Source: an uncultured Actinomycetes bacterium
GTDB taxonomy: Bacteria > Actinomycetota > Thermoleophilia > UBA2241
Length of the DNA stretch: 64,000 nt
NCBI GenBank assembly: GCA_963709345.1
Contig: CAVPVX010000001.1
Span: forward strand, 1 to 64,000
Direction of reading: 5' to 3'
Shown here piece after piece: positions 9,431 through 19,861 of the stretch. Positions within the stretch are counted from its first letter, which is position 1; every line of letters starts with the position of its first letter. The translations under genes were made by a program, and so were the position numbers. The notes beneath the pieces are model-generated. The model was given only the letters and a program-made list of their open reading frames with translations. It made no database searches and was not told the origin of the DNA.

Positions 9431-10096
9431 GTGGGCCCACAGGTGACGGAGAGAAAACGACCATCTCGGGGCGGTGCGACGGCGGACGGCCGACGCGCAG
9501 ACATCCTCGACACCGCGGAGAAGCTGTTCGCCGAGCGCGGCTACGACTTCGTGACCGTCAGGGACATCGCCGCGGCCGCTGGGGTCACGCACCCCCTGAT
9601 CTACTACCATTGGGGCTCGAAGCGTGGCCTGCTCGCCGCCGTGCTCGAGCGCAACCAGTCGCGCGTGCGCAGCCTCACGGCCGACCTGACCGATCCCCGC
9701 GAAGCCATCCTGAGCATCATCGAGAACTACCTGGAAGAGGGCCGGCTGTACCTGCTCATCATGGCTCGCAGCTTCCTCGGCGGGATGCCGGTACTCGATT
9801 GGCCCGGCGGCTACCCCGGTATGGAGGTGGCAGTCGACGTACTGCTCGCGGCCGGGCCGGACGACGATCCAGAGTGGGACGAGCAGGTGCGAGGGGTGGT
9901 CTCTCTCGTGACCGCGATGCTCTGCGGCTGGGTGCTCATGGGGGAGCAGATCATGGATGTCGCCGACGTCCCGCCGGCGCGGCGACCGGCGGAGCGACAG
10001 AGGCTGGTCCGGGCCGTCGACGAGCTGTTGGCAGCCACCCTCGCAACGCGCGACGGCGGGCCGCGTGACACGCGGCGGCGGCACGGGCTAGGCTAG
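9431..10096 (+). CDS. TetR/AcrR family transcriptional regulator
   Basis: N-terminal HTH: ILDTAEKLFAERGYDFVTVRDIAAAAGVTHPLIYYHWGSK. Confidence 0.92.
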   Translation: MGPQVTERKRPSRGGATADGRRADILDTAEKLFAERGYDFVTVRDIAAAAGVTHPLIYYHWGSKRGLLAAVLERNQSRVRSLTADLTDPREAILSIIENYLEEGRLYLLIMARSFLGGMPVLDWPGGYPGMEVAVDVLLAAGPDDDPEWDEQVRGVVSLVTAMLCGWVLMGEQIMDVADVPPARRPAERQRLVRAVDELLAATLATRDGGPRDTRRRHGLG

Positions 10097-10126
10097 CGCG
10101 CACAGGGAATCCGAGGGGAGGCCGGA

Positions 10127-10411
10127 GTGACCGTCGCCATCATCGCCATCATCGCCGTCCTGCTGGTGCTGGGCGTCGGCCTGCTCATCTTGACGCTCAT
10201 GCGCCGCAGCCAGACGGTCGTGCCCCGCGTCGCCGACGACGACGTCGCGAGCCGCGACAACCTAGTCGGGGTCGACGAGCAGGGTCATGAGGTCGTCGAG
10301 TCACAGGAGCCGCCGCCCGAGGCACGCGACACCGGCGCCTTCGAGGACCTGCTCAAGGACGAGATCCGCGATCAGGGCCGCGAAGAGCCGACCGCGCCGG
10401 GCGGGGACTGA
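10127..10411 (+). CDS. Hypothetical membrane-anchored acidic protein
   Basis: RBS GGAGG, N-terminal TM helix, acidic tail, high GC3. Confidence 0.7.
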   Translation: MTVAIIAIIAVLLVLGVGLLILTLMRRSQTVVPRVADDDVASRDNLVGVDEQGHEVVESQEPPPEARDTGAFEDLLKDEIRDQGREEPTAPGGD

Positions 10412-10414
10412 CGC

Positions 10415-11620
10415 GTGGGCGCCACCGAGTGGACCATCGTCGTCCTCGTTGTCGGCGGACGGCTGTTCCTCCCGCTCCTTATCCCGTACTTCCCGGTGCC
10501 CGCCCTGCTGGCGTGTCTCATCCTCGACTCCATCGACCAGAGCATCTTCCAGCAGTTCCCGGCGATCCCGCTGGACGGCTACCAGTCCTACGACAAGGCG
10601 CTCGACGTCTACTACCTCTCGGTCGCCTATCTCTCGACGCTGCGCAACTGGACCAACCAGACCGCGTTCCGCATGTCACAGTTCCTCTACTACTACCGCA
10701 TGTTCGGCGTCGTCCTCTTCGAGCTCACGCAGAACAGGACCGTCCTGTTCATCTTCCCGAACACGTTCGAGTACTTCTTCCTCTTCGTCGAGCTCGTGCG
10801 CTGGGGTTGGGACACCAAGCGCATGGGCCGCTACACGGTGATCCTCTCGGCGGCGGCCATCTGGATCTTCATCAAGCTGCCGCAGGAGTGGTGGATCCAC
10901 ATCGCCCAGCTCGACATGACCGACTTCATCAAAGAGACGCTGTTCGGCGTCCAGGCGACCGACAGCTGGAGCACAGCGGTCGCCAACCGGCCGGGAGTGC
11001 TGGTGGCGGCGATCGTCGCTGTGCTCGCGATCATCGGCATCGCCTACTGGATCATCAGGAAGAAGGCGCCGCCGTTCGACCACGGCCCGCGCATCGCCGC
11101 CGATCCGCTGCCGGCGGAGCTGCATGGCGCGGACCCCTACCGCGAGGTCCATGCCGAGACCAGCATCTGGGGCTGGGCGCTGCGCGAGAAGGTCGCGCTC
11201 ACTGCCATCGTCGCCGTCATCTTCGGCCTCATGCTCACGGGTGGAGAGGCCAGTGCGGGGCGCATCATCATCGGCGTGGCGATCTTCACGGTCATCAACG
11301 CCGGCGTGAGCCACTGGTTGGCGCTGCGCGGGCGCAGCTGGCGGCTGCTCGCCGGCGAGCTCGCGGCCATGCTCCTGGTCAACCTGGTCATCCTGCTCGT
11401 GCTCGAAGCGCTTGACCGGTTCCTCGGCATCCGAGAGGCCCGCGTCCCGTTCGGTACGACGCTGTTCTTCGCCTATCTGCTCACGCTGATCATCGTGCTC
11501 TACGACCGCTACCGCACGGTGTACAAGGCACGGCGCCTGTACCGGCGGGATGAGAAGACCGGCGCGAGCGGCGAGACGGGCGGCGTGCCGCCGCGGGGGC
11601 CCGCCGAATCGCCGGCCTGA
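10415..11620 (+). CDS. Hypothetical multi-pass membrane protein
   Basis: 401 aa, hydrophobic, high GC3; LILDSIDQ..YQSYDKALD segment. Confidence 0.8.
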   Translation: MGATEWTIVVLVVGGRLFLPLLIPYFPVPALLACLILDSIDQSIFQQFPAIPLDGYQSYDKALDVYYLSVAYLSTLRNWTNQTAFRMSQFLYYYRMFGVVLFELTQNRTVLFIFPNTFEYFFLFVELVRWGWDTKRMGRYTVILSAAAIWIFIKLPQEWWIHIAQLDMTDFIKETLFGVQATDSWSTAVANRPGVLVAAIVAVLAIIGIAYWIIRKKAPPFDHGPRIAADPLPAELHGADPYREVHAETSIWGWALREKVALTAIVAVIFGLMLTGGEASAGRIIIGVAIFTVINAGVSHWLALRGRSWRLLAGELAAMLLVNLVILLVLEALDRFLGIREARVPFGTTLFFAYLLTLIIVLYDRYRTVYKARRLYRRDEKTGASGETGGVPPRGPAESPA

Positions 11621-11670
11621 GTCGGAGGCCGGCGCGGGCGGCGCGTGGCTGACCGGAGGCCGGTGGCAGG

Positions 11671-11991
11671 GTGGATCAGTCCCTCCATTACATCGTCGAG
11701 CTCGACGAGTACCTGGCCCAGGCGGTGCAGGCGCTCGGGCCGTGGGCCTACGGCGCCATCTTCCTGACCATCTTCGCCGAGACGGGTCTGGTCGTGATGC
11801 CGTTCCTGCCCGGCGAGTCGCTGCTGCTGACCAGCGGCACGCTCGCCGGCGCCGATGTCCTCAACATCGCCGTACTGTGGCCGCTGCTCTTTCTGGCGGC
11901 GTTCCTCGGCGACGTGGTCAACTACCTCATCGGCCGATGGCTCGGCAGGCACCTCCTGAGCAAGCCCCGCAGATTTCTCAAGCCCGACAAG
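11671..11991 (+). pseudogene. DedA/VTT family protein, 3'-truncated
   Basis: IFAETGLVVMPFLPGESLL and AFLGDVVNYLIGR are present; similarity stops after about 107 aa, where promoter cassette copy 3 begins; the C-terminal RF.P motif is missing. Confidence 0.75.
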
Positions 11992-12060
11992 CCCATGCTT
12001 CCCCGAGACTCAGGCCTCGTACTATCCCGAGGTCACAGCGACCGGCTTCAGGACTATGCT
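11992..12060 (+). promoter_or_regulatory. Conserved promoter cassette, copy 3
   Basis: CCTCGTACTATCCCGAG-GTCACA-N17-TATGCT. Confidence 0.8.
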
Positions 12061-12193
12061 CTGGGAGACGGGACCATATCGCGACGCAGCCGGGCGCCCT
12101 CGTCCTGCTGGCGGCGGTCTTCACTGATGCGCCCCTCTTCCGGGCGTCCGCCGCAGCCGGTGCCGAGGAAGAAGAAGTGAGCCGTCACGACCG

Positions 12194-12209
12194 GTGACCG
12201 TTCGGTCAC
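12194..12209. promoter_or_regulatory. Putative TetR operator (perfect arms)
   Basis: GTGACC-GTTC-GGTCAC upstream of cls; TGnGACAAT -10-like box at 12224-12232. Confidence 0.65.
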
Positions 12210-12263
12210 GAGGCCGCCGGATGTGAGACAATGCTGTGCCACAACCACGGAATGGGGGGTTCG

Positions 12264-13763
12264 ATGATTGCGAGCCACGCTGGCATCCTTGTCGGCTCCT
12301 TCTTCACCCAGAACCTCTTCAGCTGGGGCTTCTGGGTGGTCGACATCATCTTGCTGCTGGCCATCGCCAGCGTTGTAATCGTGCTGGCCACCGACGACCG
12401 CGATCCGAGCACCGTGCTCGCCTGGCTGTTCGTGGTGCTCCTGCTGCCGGTCCTCGGCCTCATCGCCTATTTCTTCATCGGCCGCAACTTCCGCCGCGAC
12501 ACGCCGCGACGGCGGCGGATCATGGCGCAGATGGACGCCGTCGCCGCCGAGTCGCTGGCGCCGGTCGAGGCGGCCAACGTGGAGTTCACCGAAGATGCGG
12601 TGAACGACCTGGCCGCCACGCCCGGCGCCCGCATCGAGTCGGTAGGGCGCGTCGAGGGCGGCGTCTCCCCCCTGCCCGCCGACACCGTGGACATCTACAC
12701 GGCCGGCTCCCAGAAGTTCCCCGCTCTGCTCGCCGAGATGGCGACCGCCGAGAAGTACATCCACCTCATGTACCTCATCTGGGAGCAGGACGAGCTCACG
12801 GCCAAGGTCAAGGACGTGCTCCTCGACCGCCTCAAGGCCGGCGTCAAGGTGCACATCCTCTACGACTGGCTCAGCTGCATCAGCTACAAGAAGGACGAGC
12901 TCAAGGAGCTCGCCGCCGCCGGCGCCGTGGTCATGCCCTGCTACAAGCGCCTGCCGCAGGTCAACTACCGCAACCACATGAAGATGGTGATCATCGACGG
13001 CAAGTCGGTCTACTCCGGCGGGATGAACATGGGCCAGGAGTACATCGACGGCGGCCCCAGGTTCGCTGTGTGGCGCGACACCTCGTTCCGCCTCAGCGGA
13101 CCGGTGGTCGCGCCCTATCTCATGCTCTATGCCTCCACCTGGCTGTACAACGGCGGCAAGGAGGATCTCGCCACCGAGTTCATGCCCCCGCCCGAAGAGC
13201 ATCATCGCCACGAGGGCACGCCGGTGCAGGTGCTGCACTCCAGCGTCCAGACCAGCTTCAAGACCATCCGCGACGTGTTCATCACGGCGCTCACCAACGC
13301 GCAGCAGCGCATCTGGATCCAGTCGCCGTACTTCGTCCCGGACGAGCCGCTGATGACCGCGATGTGCACGGCGGCCACAAGCGGCATCGACGTGCGCTTC
13401 ATGATGACCGGCGTCCCGGACAAGAAGATCCCGTTCAACGCGGCGCAGGCGTACTACCCCCAGCTCCTGCGCTCAGGCGTCAAGGTCTACCAGTACAAGG
13501 CCGGATTCCTGCATGCCAAGACAGTGACCGTGGACGACCAGATCTCGATCATCGGCACGTGCAACTGGGACATCCGCAGCATCATCCTGCACGACGAGGT
13601 CGTCTCGGTCTTCTACGACAGCGGAGTCGCGAAGAGCTACGCGGAGCAATACGAGCGCGACATCGCGGACTGCGAACAGATCACCATGGACTTCCTGGCG
13701 TCGCTGACCAGAGGAGAGCGATTCCGCAACTCGGTGGCACGGCTGTTCTCGCGGCTGCTCTGA
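12264..13763 (+). CDS. cls: Cardiolipin synthase
   Basis: PLDc_N TM region and two HKD motifs (NHMKMVIID, LHAKTVTVD); IQSPYFVP. Confidence 0.92.
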   Translation: MIASHAGILVGSFFTQNLFSWGFWVVDIILLLAIASVVIVLATDDRDPSTVLAWLFVVLLLPVLGLIAYFFIGRNFRRDTPRRRRIMAQMDAVAAESLAPVEAANVEFTEDAVNDLAATPGARIESVGRVEGGVSPLPADTVDIYTAGSQKFPALLAEMATAEKYIHLMYLIWEQDELTAKVKDVLLDRLKAGVKVHILYDWLSCISYKKDELKELAAAGAVVMPCYKRLPQVNYRNHMKMVIIDGKSVYSGGMNMGQEYIDGGPRFAVWRDTSFRLSGPVVAPYLMLYASTWLYNGGKEDLATEFMPPPEEHHRHEGTPVQVLHSSVQTSFKTIRDVFITALTNAQQRIWIQSPYFVPDEPLMTAMCTAATSGIDVRFMMTGVPDKKIPFNAAQAYYPQLLRSGVKVYQYKAGFLHAKTVTVDDQISIIGTCNWDIRSIILHDEVVSVFYDSGVAKSYAEQYERDIADCEQITMDFLASLTRGERFRNSVARLFSRLL

Positions 13764-13858
13764 TCCCGGCCGGCGCCCCGGGCTGTTGACCGGGCAGGCG
13801 CGACAACATACAACCCCCACAACGGAGTCTGGGCAAGCAGAACGAGAGAGGGGCGTGG

Positions 13859-15085
13859 ATGTTCCACAAGAACGAGCACGCGCACGAACACGATGGAAGC
13901 TCCGCGAACAGGGCCGGTTCCGACGCCGGCGCGGACCCGCTGCCGCCGCCGACCGTGAATCGACCCTTTGAAGTATCCGGCGGTCTGCGCCGCGTCGGGC
14001 TGACGAGCTGGTTCTTCGTCGGAGTCGTCGTCGCCTTGGGGATCGTGCTCGCCGGCGTCGTCATCACCGCCGGCATCGTCGTGCCGCTGCTCTTCTCCTT
14101 CTACTTCGGTGCGGTCCTCTTCCCGGTCGTCGACTGGCTGGAGCGCCGCAGGGTGCCGCGCTGGGTGGCAGCGCTGCTCATGGTCCTTCTGGCCATCGCC
14201 CTGATGGTGGGCGCGGCGCTGATCGTCATCGGCGGCATCGCCGGTCAGATTCCTCAGATCAGCGCCGGGATCGACGACGGCATCAAGCAGGTGCAGTCTT
14301 GGCTGACGGCCCACAACGTCAGCACGCCGTCCACCGACCAGGTGACGGCGGACGTGAAGTCCGTCGCTTCCGGCCTCTCCGGTGGTGTGTTGTCGGCGAT
14401 CGGCAGCGGGCTCAGTTCCATCTTCCAGCTCGGCTTCGGTCTCTTCCTGGCGATCAACATCCTCTTCTGGGTCGAGAAGGACGGGCGCAAGATCGGGCGC
14501 TGGGCCGCCGGTCATGTCGGCGTGCCCGCGGAGGTCGCGCTGCCGATCCTGAAGGGCTCCGTGAAGACGTTGCAGCGGTACTTCTACGGCGTGACCTGGA
14601 TCGCCGCGCTCAATGGCGTGATCGTCGCCGGAGGCGCCGCGATACTGGGAACGCCGCTGGCGCTCGTCATCGGTCTGGTGACGTTTCTCTCGGCCTACAT
14701 CCCCTACTTCGGGGCCATCATCGGCGGCGCCTTCGCAGTGCTCATCGCTCTCGGGTCGGGTGGGACGACCGAAGCCCTGTGGATGCTGCTCATCGTGCTC
14801 CTCGCCAACATGCCCCTGCAGACTGTCGCCCAGCAGTTCATCCTCGGTGACGCGCTCAAGCTGCACCCGCTGTCGATCATCGTGATCACCACGGCGGGCG
14901 GCATGCTGGCGGGGCTCATCGGCAGTGTCTTCGCAGCGCCGTTCACGAAGATAGCCATCGACGCCTGGCACGGCGTCAAGGAGGCCGGGGTCTTCGACTA
15001 CTCAGCAGACGGAGGTAGCGCTCCAGGCGACGAGCCGGCCGCACCTGAAGCCCCGGGTCACGTGGTGGCGCCCGCCGAGACGTAG
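13859..15085 (+). CDS. AI-2E family transporter
   Basis: PVVDWLERRRVPR, AYIPYFGA and LKLHP motifs. Confidence 0.9.
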   Translation: MFHKNEHAHEHDGSSANRAGSDAGADPLPPPTVNRPFEVSGGLRRVGLTSWFFVGVVVALGIVLAGVVITAGIVVPLLFSFYFGAVLFPVVDWLERRRVPRWVAALLMVLLAIALMVGAALIVIGGIAGQIPQISAGIDDGIKQVQSWLTAHNVSTPSTDQVTADVKSVASGLSGGVLSAIGSGLSSIFQLGFGLFLAINILFWVEKDGRKIGRWAAGHVGVPAEVALPILKGSVKTLQRYFYGVTWIAALNGVIVAGGAAILGTPLALVIGLVTFLSAYIPYFGAIIGGAFAVLIALGSGGTTEALWMLLIVLLANMPLQTVAQQFILGDALKLHPLSIIVITTAGGMLAGLIGSVFAAPFTKIAIDAWHGVKEAGVFDYSADGGSAPGDEPAAPEAPGHVVAPAET

Positions 15086-15135
15086 CCGCGGCGAGGGGGC
15101 TCCGGGATGCTCGAGAGGCCCAGTTTGCGGCATCC

Positions 15136-15151
15136 CTTACCGTGTGGTCAC
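15136..15151. promoter_or_regulatory. Putative TetR operator over a -35 box
   Basis: CTTACC-GTGT-GGTCAC; TGGTCA-N17-TATAGT promoter. Confidence 0.65.
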
Positions 15152-15231
15152 ACCATGAAGGGAGGGGTATAGTCCTCCCACGAACACGCGTCGCCTCTCG
15201 AGAAGCGGCGACACGGACAAGGAGGCAGAGC

Positions 15232-15528
15232 ATGAGGATGAGAAGAAGGCCGTTGCTCGGAGCCGCAGTCGTAGGCGGCGCCGCCTATCACGTGGGCAAG
15301 AAGGGACAGCAGTCTCGCGACCAGGAGGCCGCGCAGAACCAGCAGATCCAAGAGCTCCAGCAGCAGCAGTACCAGCAGGCGCCGCCGCAGGCTGCACCGG
15401 CGCCGGCTCCGGCGAGCGACGAAGACCCGATGGCCAAGCTGACGCAACTCAAGAGCCTGCTCGACCAAGGCGTTCTGACCCAGGCTGAATTCGACTTCCA
15501 GAAGACCAAGATCCTGCAGAGCATGTAG
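15232..15528 (+). CDS. SHOCT domain protein
   Basis: RBS AAGGAGG; Q/P-rich linker; C-terminal KLTQLKSLLDQGVLTQAEFDFQKTKIL. Confidence 0.88.
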   Translation: MRMRRRPLLGAAVVGGAAYHVGKKGQQSRDQEAAQNQQIQELQQQQYQQAPPQAAPAPAPASDEDPMAKLTQLKSLLDQGVLTQAEFDFQKTKILQSM

Positions 15529-15567
15529 ACGGCCGAGACACGGCCGACTACAGAGAAGGAGACCGAT

Positions 15568-16074
15568 ATGGCTATGGGTCCAGTCCAGGTCCTGACGATC
15601 GGCTACGGCGCCGACGCGGAGTTCAAAGGCGAGGCGCTCGACGAGCTCGACAAGCTGCGTGACCAAGACGTCGTGCGGGTCATCGACCTGCTCGTGGTGC
15701 ACAAGAATGACGACGGCACGGTCGAGAAGGTCGAGTTCGCCGACAATGAAGAGCTTGCCGAACTCGGCGCGCTCGCGGGCGCGCTCATGGGGTTCGGCGC
15801 GGCCGGCGAAGAAGGCGCCGAGGTGGGCGCCGTCGTCGGCGCCGAGGCGGCTCTGGAGCAGGGCTCCGTCTACGATGAAGAAGAGGTCTGGTACCTCGCC
15901 GACGCGATTCCGCCGGGAATGACGGCGGCGGTCGTGGTGCTCGAGCACCGGTGGGCGATTCCGCTGAGGGACGCCATCATGCGCTCCGGTGGAATGGCAT
16001 TGGCCGACAGGTGGCTGCATCCCCAGGACCTGCTCGCCGCCGGCGCCGAGATCGGCATGGCGCTGGAGGAATAG
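15568..16074 (+). CDS. DUF6325/DUF1269-like acidic protein
   Basis: MGPVQVL, VRVIDLLVVHK, IPPGMTAAVVVLEHRWA. Confidence 0.85.
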   Translation: MAMGPVQVLTIGYGADAEFKGEALDELDKLRDQDVVRVIDLLVVHKNDDGTVEKVEFADNEELAELGALAGALMGFGAAGEEGAEVGAVVGAEAALEQGSVYDEEEVWYLADAIPPGMTAAVVVLEHRWAIPLRDAIMRSGGMALADRWLHPQDLLAAGAEIGMALEE

Positions 16075-16189
16075 GGCTTCCGCTCGAGACGAGTGAGCCG
16101 GCCGGCTGGCGGCCCTGCCGCCGGCCGGCCTTGTCGCGCGAGGGGCGGTCGCCACGACTACCGCCCTCACCGTTCACCCAGCACATGAG

Positions 16190-17512
16190 GTGGCGCCCGA
16201 CTGCATCGTGAACACTGAGCCTCAAGAACCCGAACCACAGCAGCCCCAGCCGCCGCCGACCAAGACTGCGGAGGCCACCCCGTATCCCCGGGGCCTCTAC
16301 ATCCACGTCGTCGTCGTCTCTCTGATCGGCGGATTCGCCGTCATGGCGTGGTTCGTGGTCTACGAAGCGCTCAACAAGCTGATCTGGAGCAACGGCTTCG
16401 TCACTGATCACGCGTGGATGTTCCCGGTTATCTGCCTGCCGTTCTCGCTGCTGGTCGGCCTCCTCGTCAAGTACGCGAAGGCGCCGAGCAACCTCGACGG
16501 CTCGATGCTCGACAGCCTCACCGGGGACGTCTCACACCTGAAGTGGAAGGACCTCCCGGCGACGGTCGCCCAGTCGCTCGCCTCGCTGTTCTCCGGCGCA
16601 GTGCTCGGCCCTGAAGGTGCGATCGGCAACATCGCCAGCAAGATCGCAGCGCTCTACTGCGACGTCTTCAAGATCCCCGCCGACTGGCGGCCGAAGCTCG
16701 TCTTCGCCAGCGTGGCGTCCGGGTACAACGGCCTGCTGGAGAATCCGGTGTTCGCCGCCGTCCTCGGCACGGAGGTTGCCGAGACGAAGAAGCAGGGTCT
16801 CTCCACACTGCCGGCCGCCCTCATCGGTGGCGGTGTCGGGTACGCGGTGTTCCTGCTGCTGCACGAGACCGGCTTCGTGAACTTCCTGCACCTGCCGGCG
16901 GTCACCGACTACCGCATCCTCGACGCGTTCATCATGGTCCCGCTCGCCCTCGTCGGCCTGGCCCTGGCGCTGCTTACGGCCGCCTTCATGAAGGCGGCCG
17001 AGGCGTTCTTCGGCCGCCTCCAGGAGCGCGTTGTCCTGCGAGCGCTCGTCGCCGGCGCGATCTTCAGCGTCGTCGGCGTGTTCGCGCCGGTCGTCATGTT
17101 CGCCGGCGAGACACAGGTGCAGGTGGTGATCGAGGGTGCTGCCGGCTACGGCATCGCGGTGCTCCTCGTGATGGCCGTCGGCAAACTCGCCCTGCTCGCC
17201 GTGGGGTTCCGCAGCGGGTTCCTCGGCGGGCCGACCTTCCCGCTCATCTTCGCCTCGGTGAGCGTCGCATTAGCACTGAACATCGTGTTTCCCGGAGTGC
17301 CGCTCGCCATTCTCGTGGCCGGCATCATGACCGGCGCCGTGTACGCCCTCTTCCGGACGCCGCTGATGGTCGTGCTCCTCACGGCGTTCATGCTCGACGC
17401 CGGCCCGACGATGATCGCGCTGATCGTGCTCGCCGTTGCGACGGTGATGATCGCCACGCCGCCGCTCCAGCAACGCATCGCCACGCGGCACGCCGAGAGG
17501 AAGTCCCCATGA
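16190..17512 (+). CDS. CLC-family chloride channel protein (start uncertain)
   Basis: GAVLGPEGA and GFLGGPTFP CLC-like motifs; many TMs. Confidence 0.85.
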   Translation: MAPDCIVNTEPQEPEPQQPQPPPTKTAEATPYPRGLYIHVVVVSLIGGFAVMAWFVVYEALNKLIWSNGFVTDHAWMFPVICLPFSLLVGLLVKYAKAPSNLDGSMLDSLTGDVSHLKWKDLPATVAQSLASLFSGAVLGPEGAIGNIASKIAALYCDVFKIPADWRPKLVFASVASGYNGLLENPVFAAVLGTEVAETKKQGLSTLPAALIGGGVGYAVFLLLHETGFVNFLHLPAVTDYRILDAFIMVPLALVGLALALLTAAFMKAAEAFFGRLQERVVLRALVAGAIFSVVGVFAPVVMFAGETQVQVVIEGAAGYGIAVLLVMAVGKLALLAVGFRSGFLGGPTFPLIFASVSVALALNIVFPGVPLAILVAGIMTGAVYALFRTPLMVVLLTAFMLDAGPTMIALIVLAVATVMIATPPLQQRIATRHAERKSP

Positions 17513-18180
17513 CTCAGGCAATCGGAGATATCCTCCCGCTGGCGATCGGCATCGCCATCAGCCCGGTGCCGATCATCGCCATCATCCTGATGCTGATCAC
17601 ACCCAAGGCGCGCAGCAACGGCCTCGCCTTCCTCGGCGGCTGGCTGCTCGGCCTCGCCGTCGTCGGCACCGTGGTGCTCATCATCGCGAACACCGCCGGA
17701 GTGGCCACCTCGAGCGGACCGTCCAAGACGGTGAGCGCCATCAAGCTCGTGCTCGGCCTGCTCCTGCTGTTCGCGGCCTGGCGACAACTGAAGAAGCGCC
17801 CTGCTCCGGGCGAAGACGCGCCGATGCCCAAGTGGATGAAGTCGCTTGACCGCTTCACGCCCGCGCGCTCAGTCGCCGTCGGCGCACTGCTCTCGGGCGT
17901 GAACCCCAAGAACCTCATCCTCAACGCAACAGCGGCGGCTGGGATCGCCCAGGCCGGCTTGTCCGGCTTCCAGCAGGCCATCGTCCTGGTCGTCCTGGTC
18001 GTCGTCGGCAGCCTTGGCGTGGCCGCTCCGGTAGCCGTCTACTTCGCGATGGGCGACCGGTCGGCGCGCGTCCTGGAAGAGTGGAAGGCCTGGCTGGCGG
18101 CGAACAACGCGACGGTCATGTCCGTGCTGCTGCTCGTCTTCGGCGTCGTGCTGATCGGCAAAGGGATCGGCGGGCTCTGA
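17509..18180 (+). CDS. GAP (Sap-like) family membrane protein
   Basis: LPLAIGIAISPVPI, PKWM, NPKNL, WLAANN. Confidence 0.9.
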   Translation: MTQAIGDILPLAIGIAISPVPIIAIILMLITPKARSNGLAFLGGWLLGLAVVGTVVLIIANTAGVATSSGPSKTVSAIKLVLGLLLLFAAWRQLKKRPAPGEDAPMPKWMKSLDRFTPARSVAVGALLSGVNPKNLILNATAAAGIAQAGLSGFQQAIVLVVLVVVGSLGVAAPVAVYFAMGDRSARVLEEWKAWLAANNATVMSVLLLVFGVVLIGKGIGGL

Positions 18181-18207
18181 GGGCTGCACCCCTCCAGCCG
18201 GGGAGCG

Positions 18208-18849
18208 TCAGCTCACCGGGGTGTCGTCGCTCCCCAGACCCGGCACGTTGCCGCTGAGCATGCCGCAGACCAGGCGCTCGAGCCCATCCTGCATCGCAGT
18301 CTCGTCCATGTCCTCGATCCCGGCCGCCGGAAGGACCCAGGAAGCGGTGGAGACCCATCCGAGCAGGAGAGCCACCGCGCCGGCGACGACGAGGCGAGGA
18401 TCGAGGTCCTTCTCGGCTCGCTCGGCCGGAGACGCCGAGGCGGCCGCGCGCTGCGCAAGCTCGATGAGCCGCTCGGTGGCCGCGAACTTGCCTGATGTCC
18501 GCTCATACGAAAGGCCGTGCAGCGCCGAGTGCGCGACGAGCCTGACATACTGGCGCTGCGTCGTAAGCGCCGCTTGAAGCATCAGGCGCGCAGCTGCGAG
18601 AAGGTCGGAATCGTCGGGCGCCGCACGCAGGATGGCGTCTTCGTTGCGCGTCAGCACGGTGCGGTAGATGTCCGCCTTGCTGCCGAGGTAGCGGTGGACC
18701 AGCGCGTGCGACACACCGGCGCGTGCCGCGATGTCGCGAACCGAGACGGCAGTGAAGCCGCGTGCGGAGAAGAGCTCCTCCGCGGCCGTCAGCATTGCCT
18801 CGATGGTCGCTTCGCGTCTGCGGCCCTGTTCTTGAGCTCTTTTCGACAT
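18208..18849 (-). CDS. TetR/AcrR family transcriptional regulator
   Basis: HTH: AAEELFSARGFTAVSVRDIAARAGVSHALVHRYLGSK. Confidence 0.92.
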   Translation of the reverse strand: MSKRAQEQGRRREATIEAMLTAAEELFSARGFTAVSVRDIAARAGVSHALVHRYLGSKADIYRTVLTRNEDAILRAAPDDSDLLAAARLMLQAALTTQRQYVRLVAHSALHGLSYERTSGKFAATERLIELAQRAAASASPAERAEKDLDPRLVVAGAVALLLGWVSTASWVLPAAGIEDMDETAMQDGLERLVCGMLSGNVPGLGSDDTPVS

Positions 18850-18919
18850 GTCCGGATCGCCCGTCCTCAACCTGATCGGCCAGTGACCACAACGATACAG
18901 CATCCGCACTGACCCTACC

Positions 18920-18935
18920 GTTACCATCTGGTAAC
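18920..18935. promoter_or_regulatory. Putative TetR operator (perfect arms)
   Basis: GTTACC-ATCT-GGTAAC upstream of the second tetR. Confidence 0.75.
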
Positions 18936-19384
18936 ATTCACCCGCGCGCAGCGGCTCCTTCGCGCTGCCGTCAAGAGCACGCAAGCCGCCCCGGTGTGCC
19001 TCAGCGTCTCAGCAGGACCGGAGAAGGCATCCAGGCACTCGCTCGGAGCGTAGAATAGCGCAGCAAGGATCACGATGAAGACCTCAGAACGCGACGACGC
19101 AGCCGTCATCGGGAATTTCACCTTCTCGTCTTGTCATGGCCAATCGGTTGTGGTGCCGTCTCGCTCCGCCTGCCGGCGAGGGCTTCGGGAAGACCTTGCG
19201 CACGGCGCTCTCCGCCCTGGCCGTCCCTGGTGTGGTATCCCTGCTCTTCACGGGACGGATACCGAAAGAGCCGCCGCCCTCGACGCCCGCGCGCACCTGA
19301 GGTAGACCCGCGTCCGGCCCGTCCCGGTCGAGGCGCTATCGCAAACAGGGCAGACGACTGCCCGCAACGAGTGGGAGTGACTAC

Positions 19385-19759
19385 ATGAACGTAGAAAGCA
19401 CGGGCGGCATTCTCTGGACCATGATCGCCTTCTTCTTCTGGATGATGGTGATCTGGATGTTCATCGCCATCTTCGCCGACATCTTCCGTCGCAACGACCT
19501 CTCCGGATGGGGCAAGGCAGGCTGGATCATCCTTGTCTTCGTCCTGCCGTTCATCGGCATCCTGATCTACGTCATCGCGCGACCCAAGATGACGGAGCAG
19601 GACAAGCAGATCATCGCGGCGGCGCAGGAGCGGGAGCGTCGTGCGGCTGGCTACTCGTCCGCCGACGAGATCGCCAAGCTCGCGGCTCTCAAGGAGCAGG
19701 GCGCCATCACCGCCGAGGAGTTCGAGACGATGAAGCAGCAGGCGCTCACGCAGGTCTGA
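19385..19759 (+). CDS. PLDc_N + SHOCT domain membrane protein
   Basis: DIFRRNDLSGWGKAGW..LPFIGILIYVIAR; ADEIAKLAALKEQGAITAEEF. Confidence 0.9.
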   Translation: MNVESTGGILWTMIAFFFWMMVIWMFIAIFADIFRRNDLSGWGKAGWIILVFVLPFIGILIYVIARPKMTEQDKQIIAAAQERERRAAGYSSADEIAKLAALKEQGAITAEEFETMKQQALTQV

Positions 19760-19797
19760 TACGGACCCGCGACGGCGCGCTGAGGACCAGGCACAGA

Positions 19798-19826
19798 GGA
19801 CGGGGCGCCGCACGGCGCCCCGCCCT
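19798..19826. terminator. Hairpin between convergent genes
   Basis: CGGGGCGCC-GCAC-GGCGCCCCG. Confidence 0.6.
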
Positions 19827-19861
19827 CCTGCTCTTTCCGCCCTCCCCGCGACGGCCGTCGG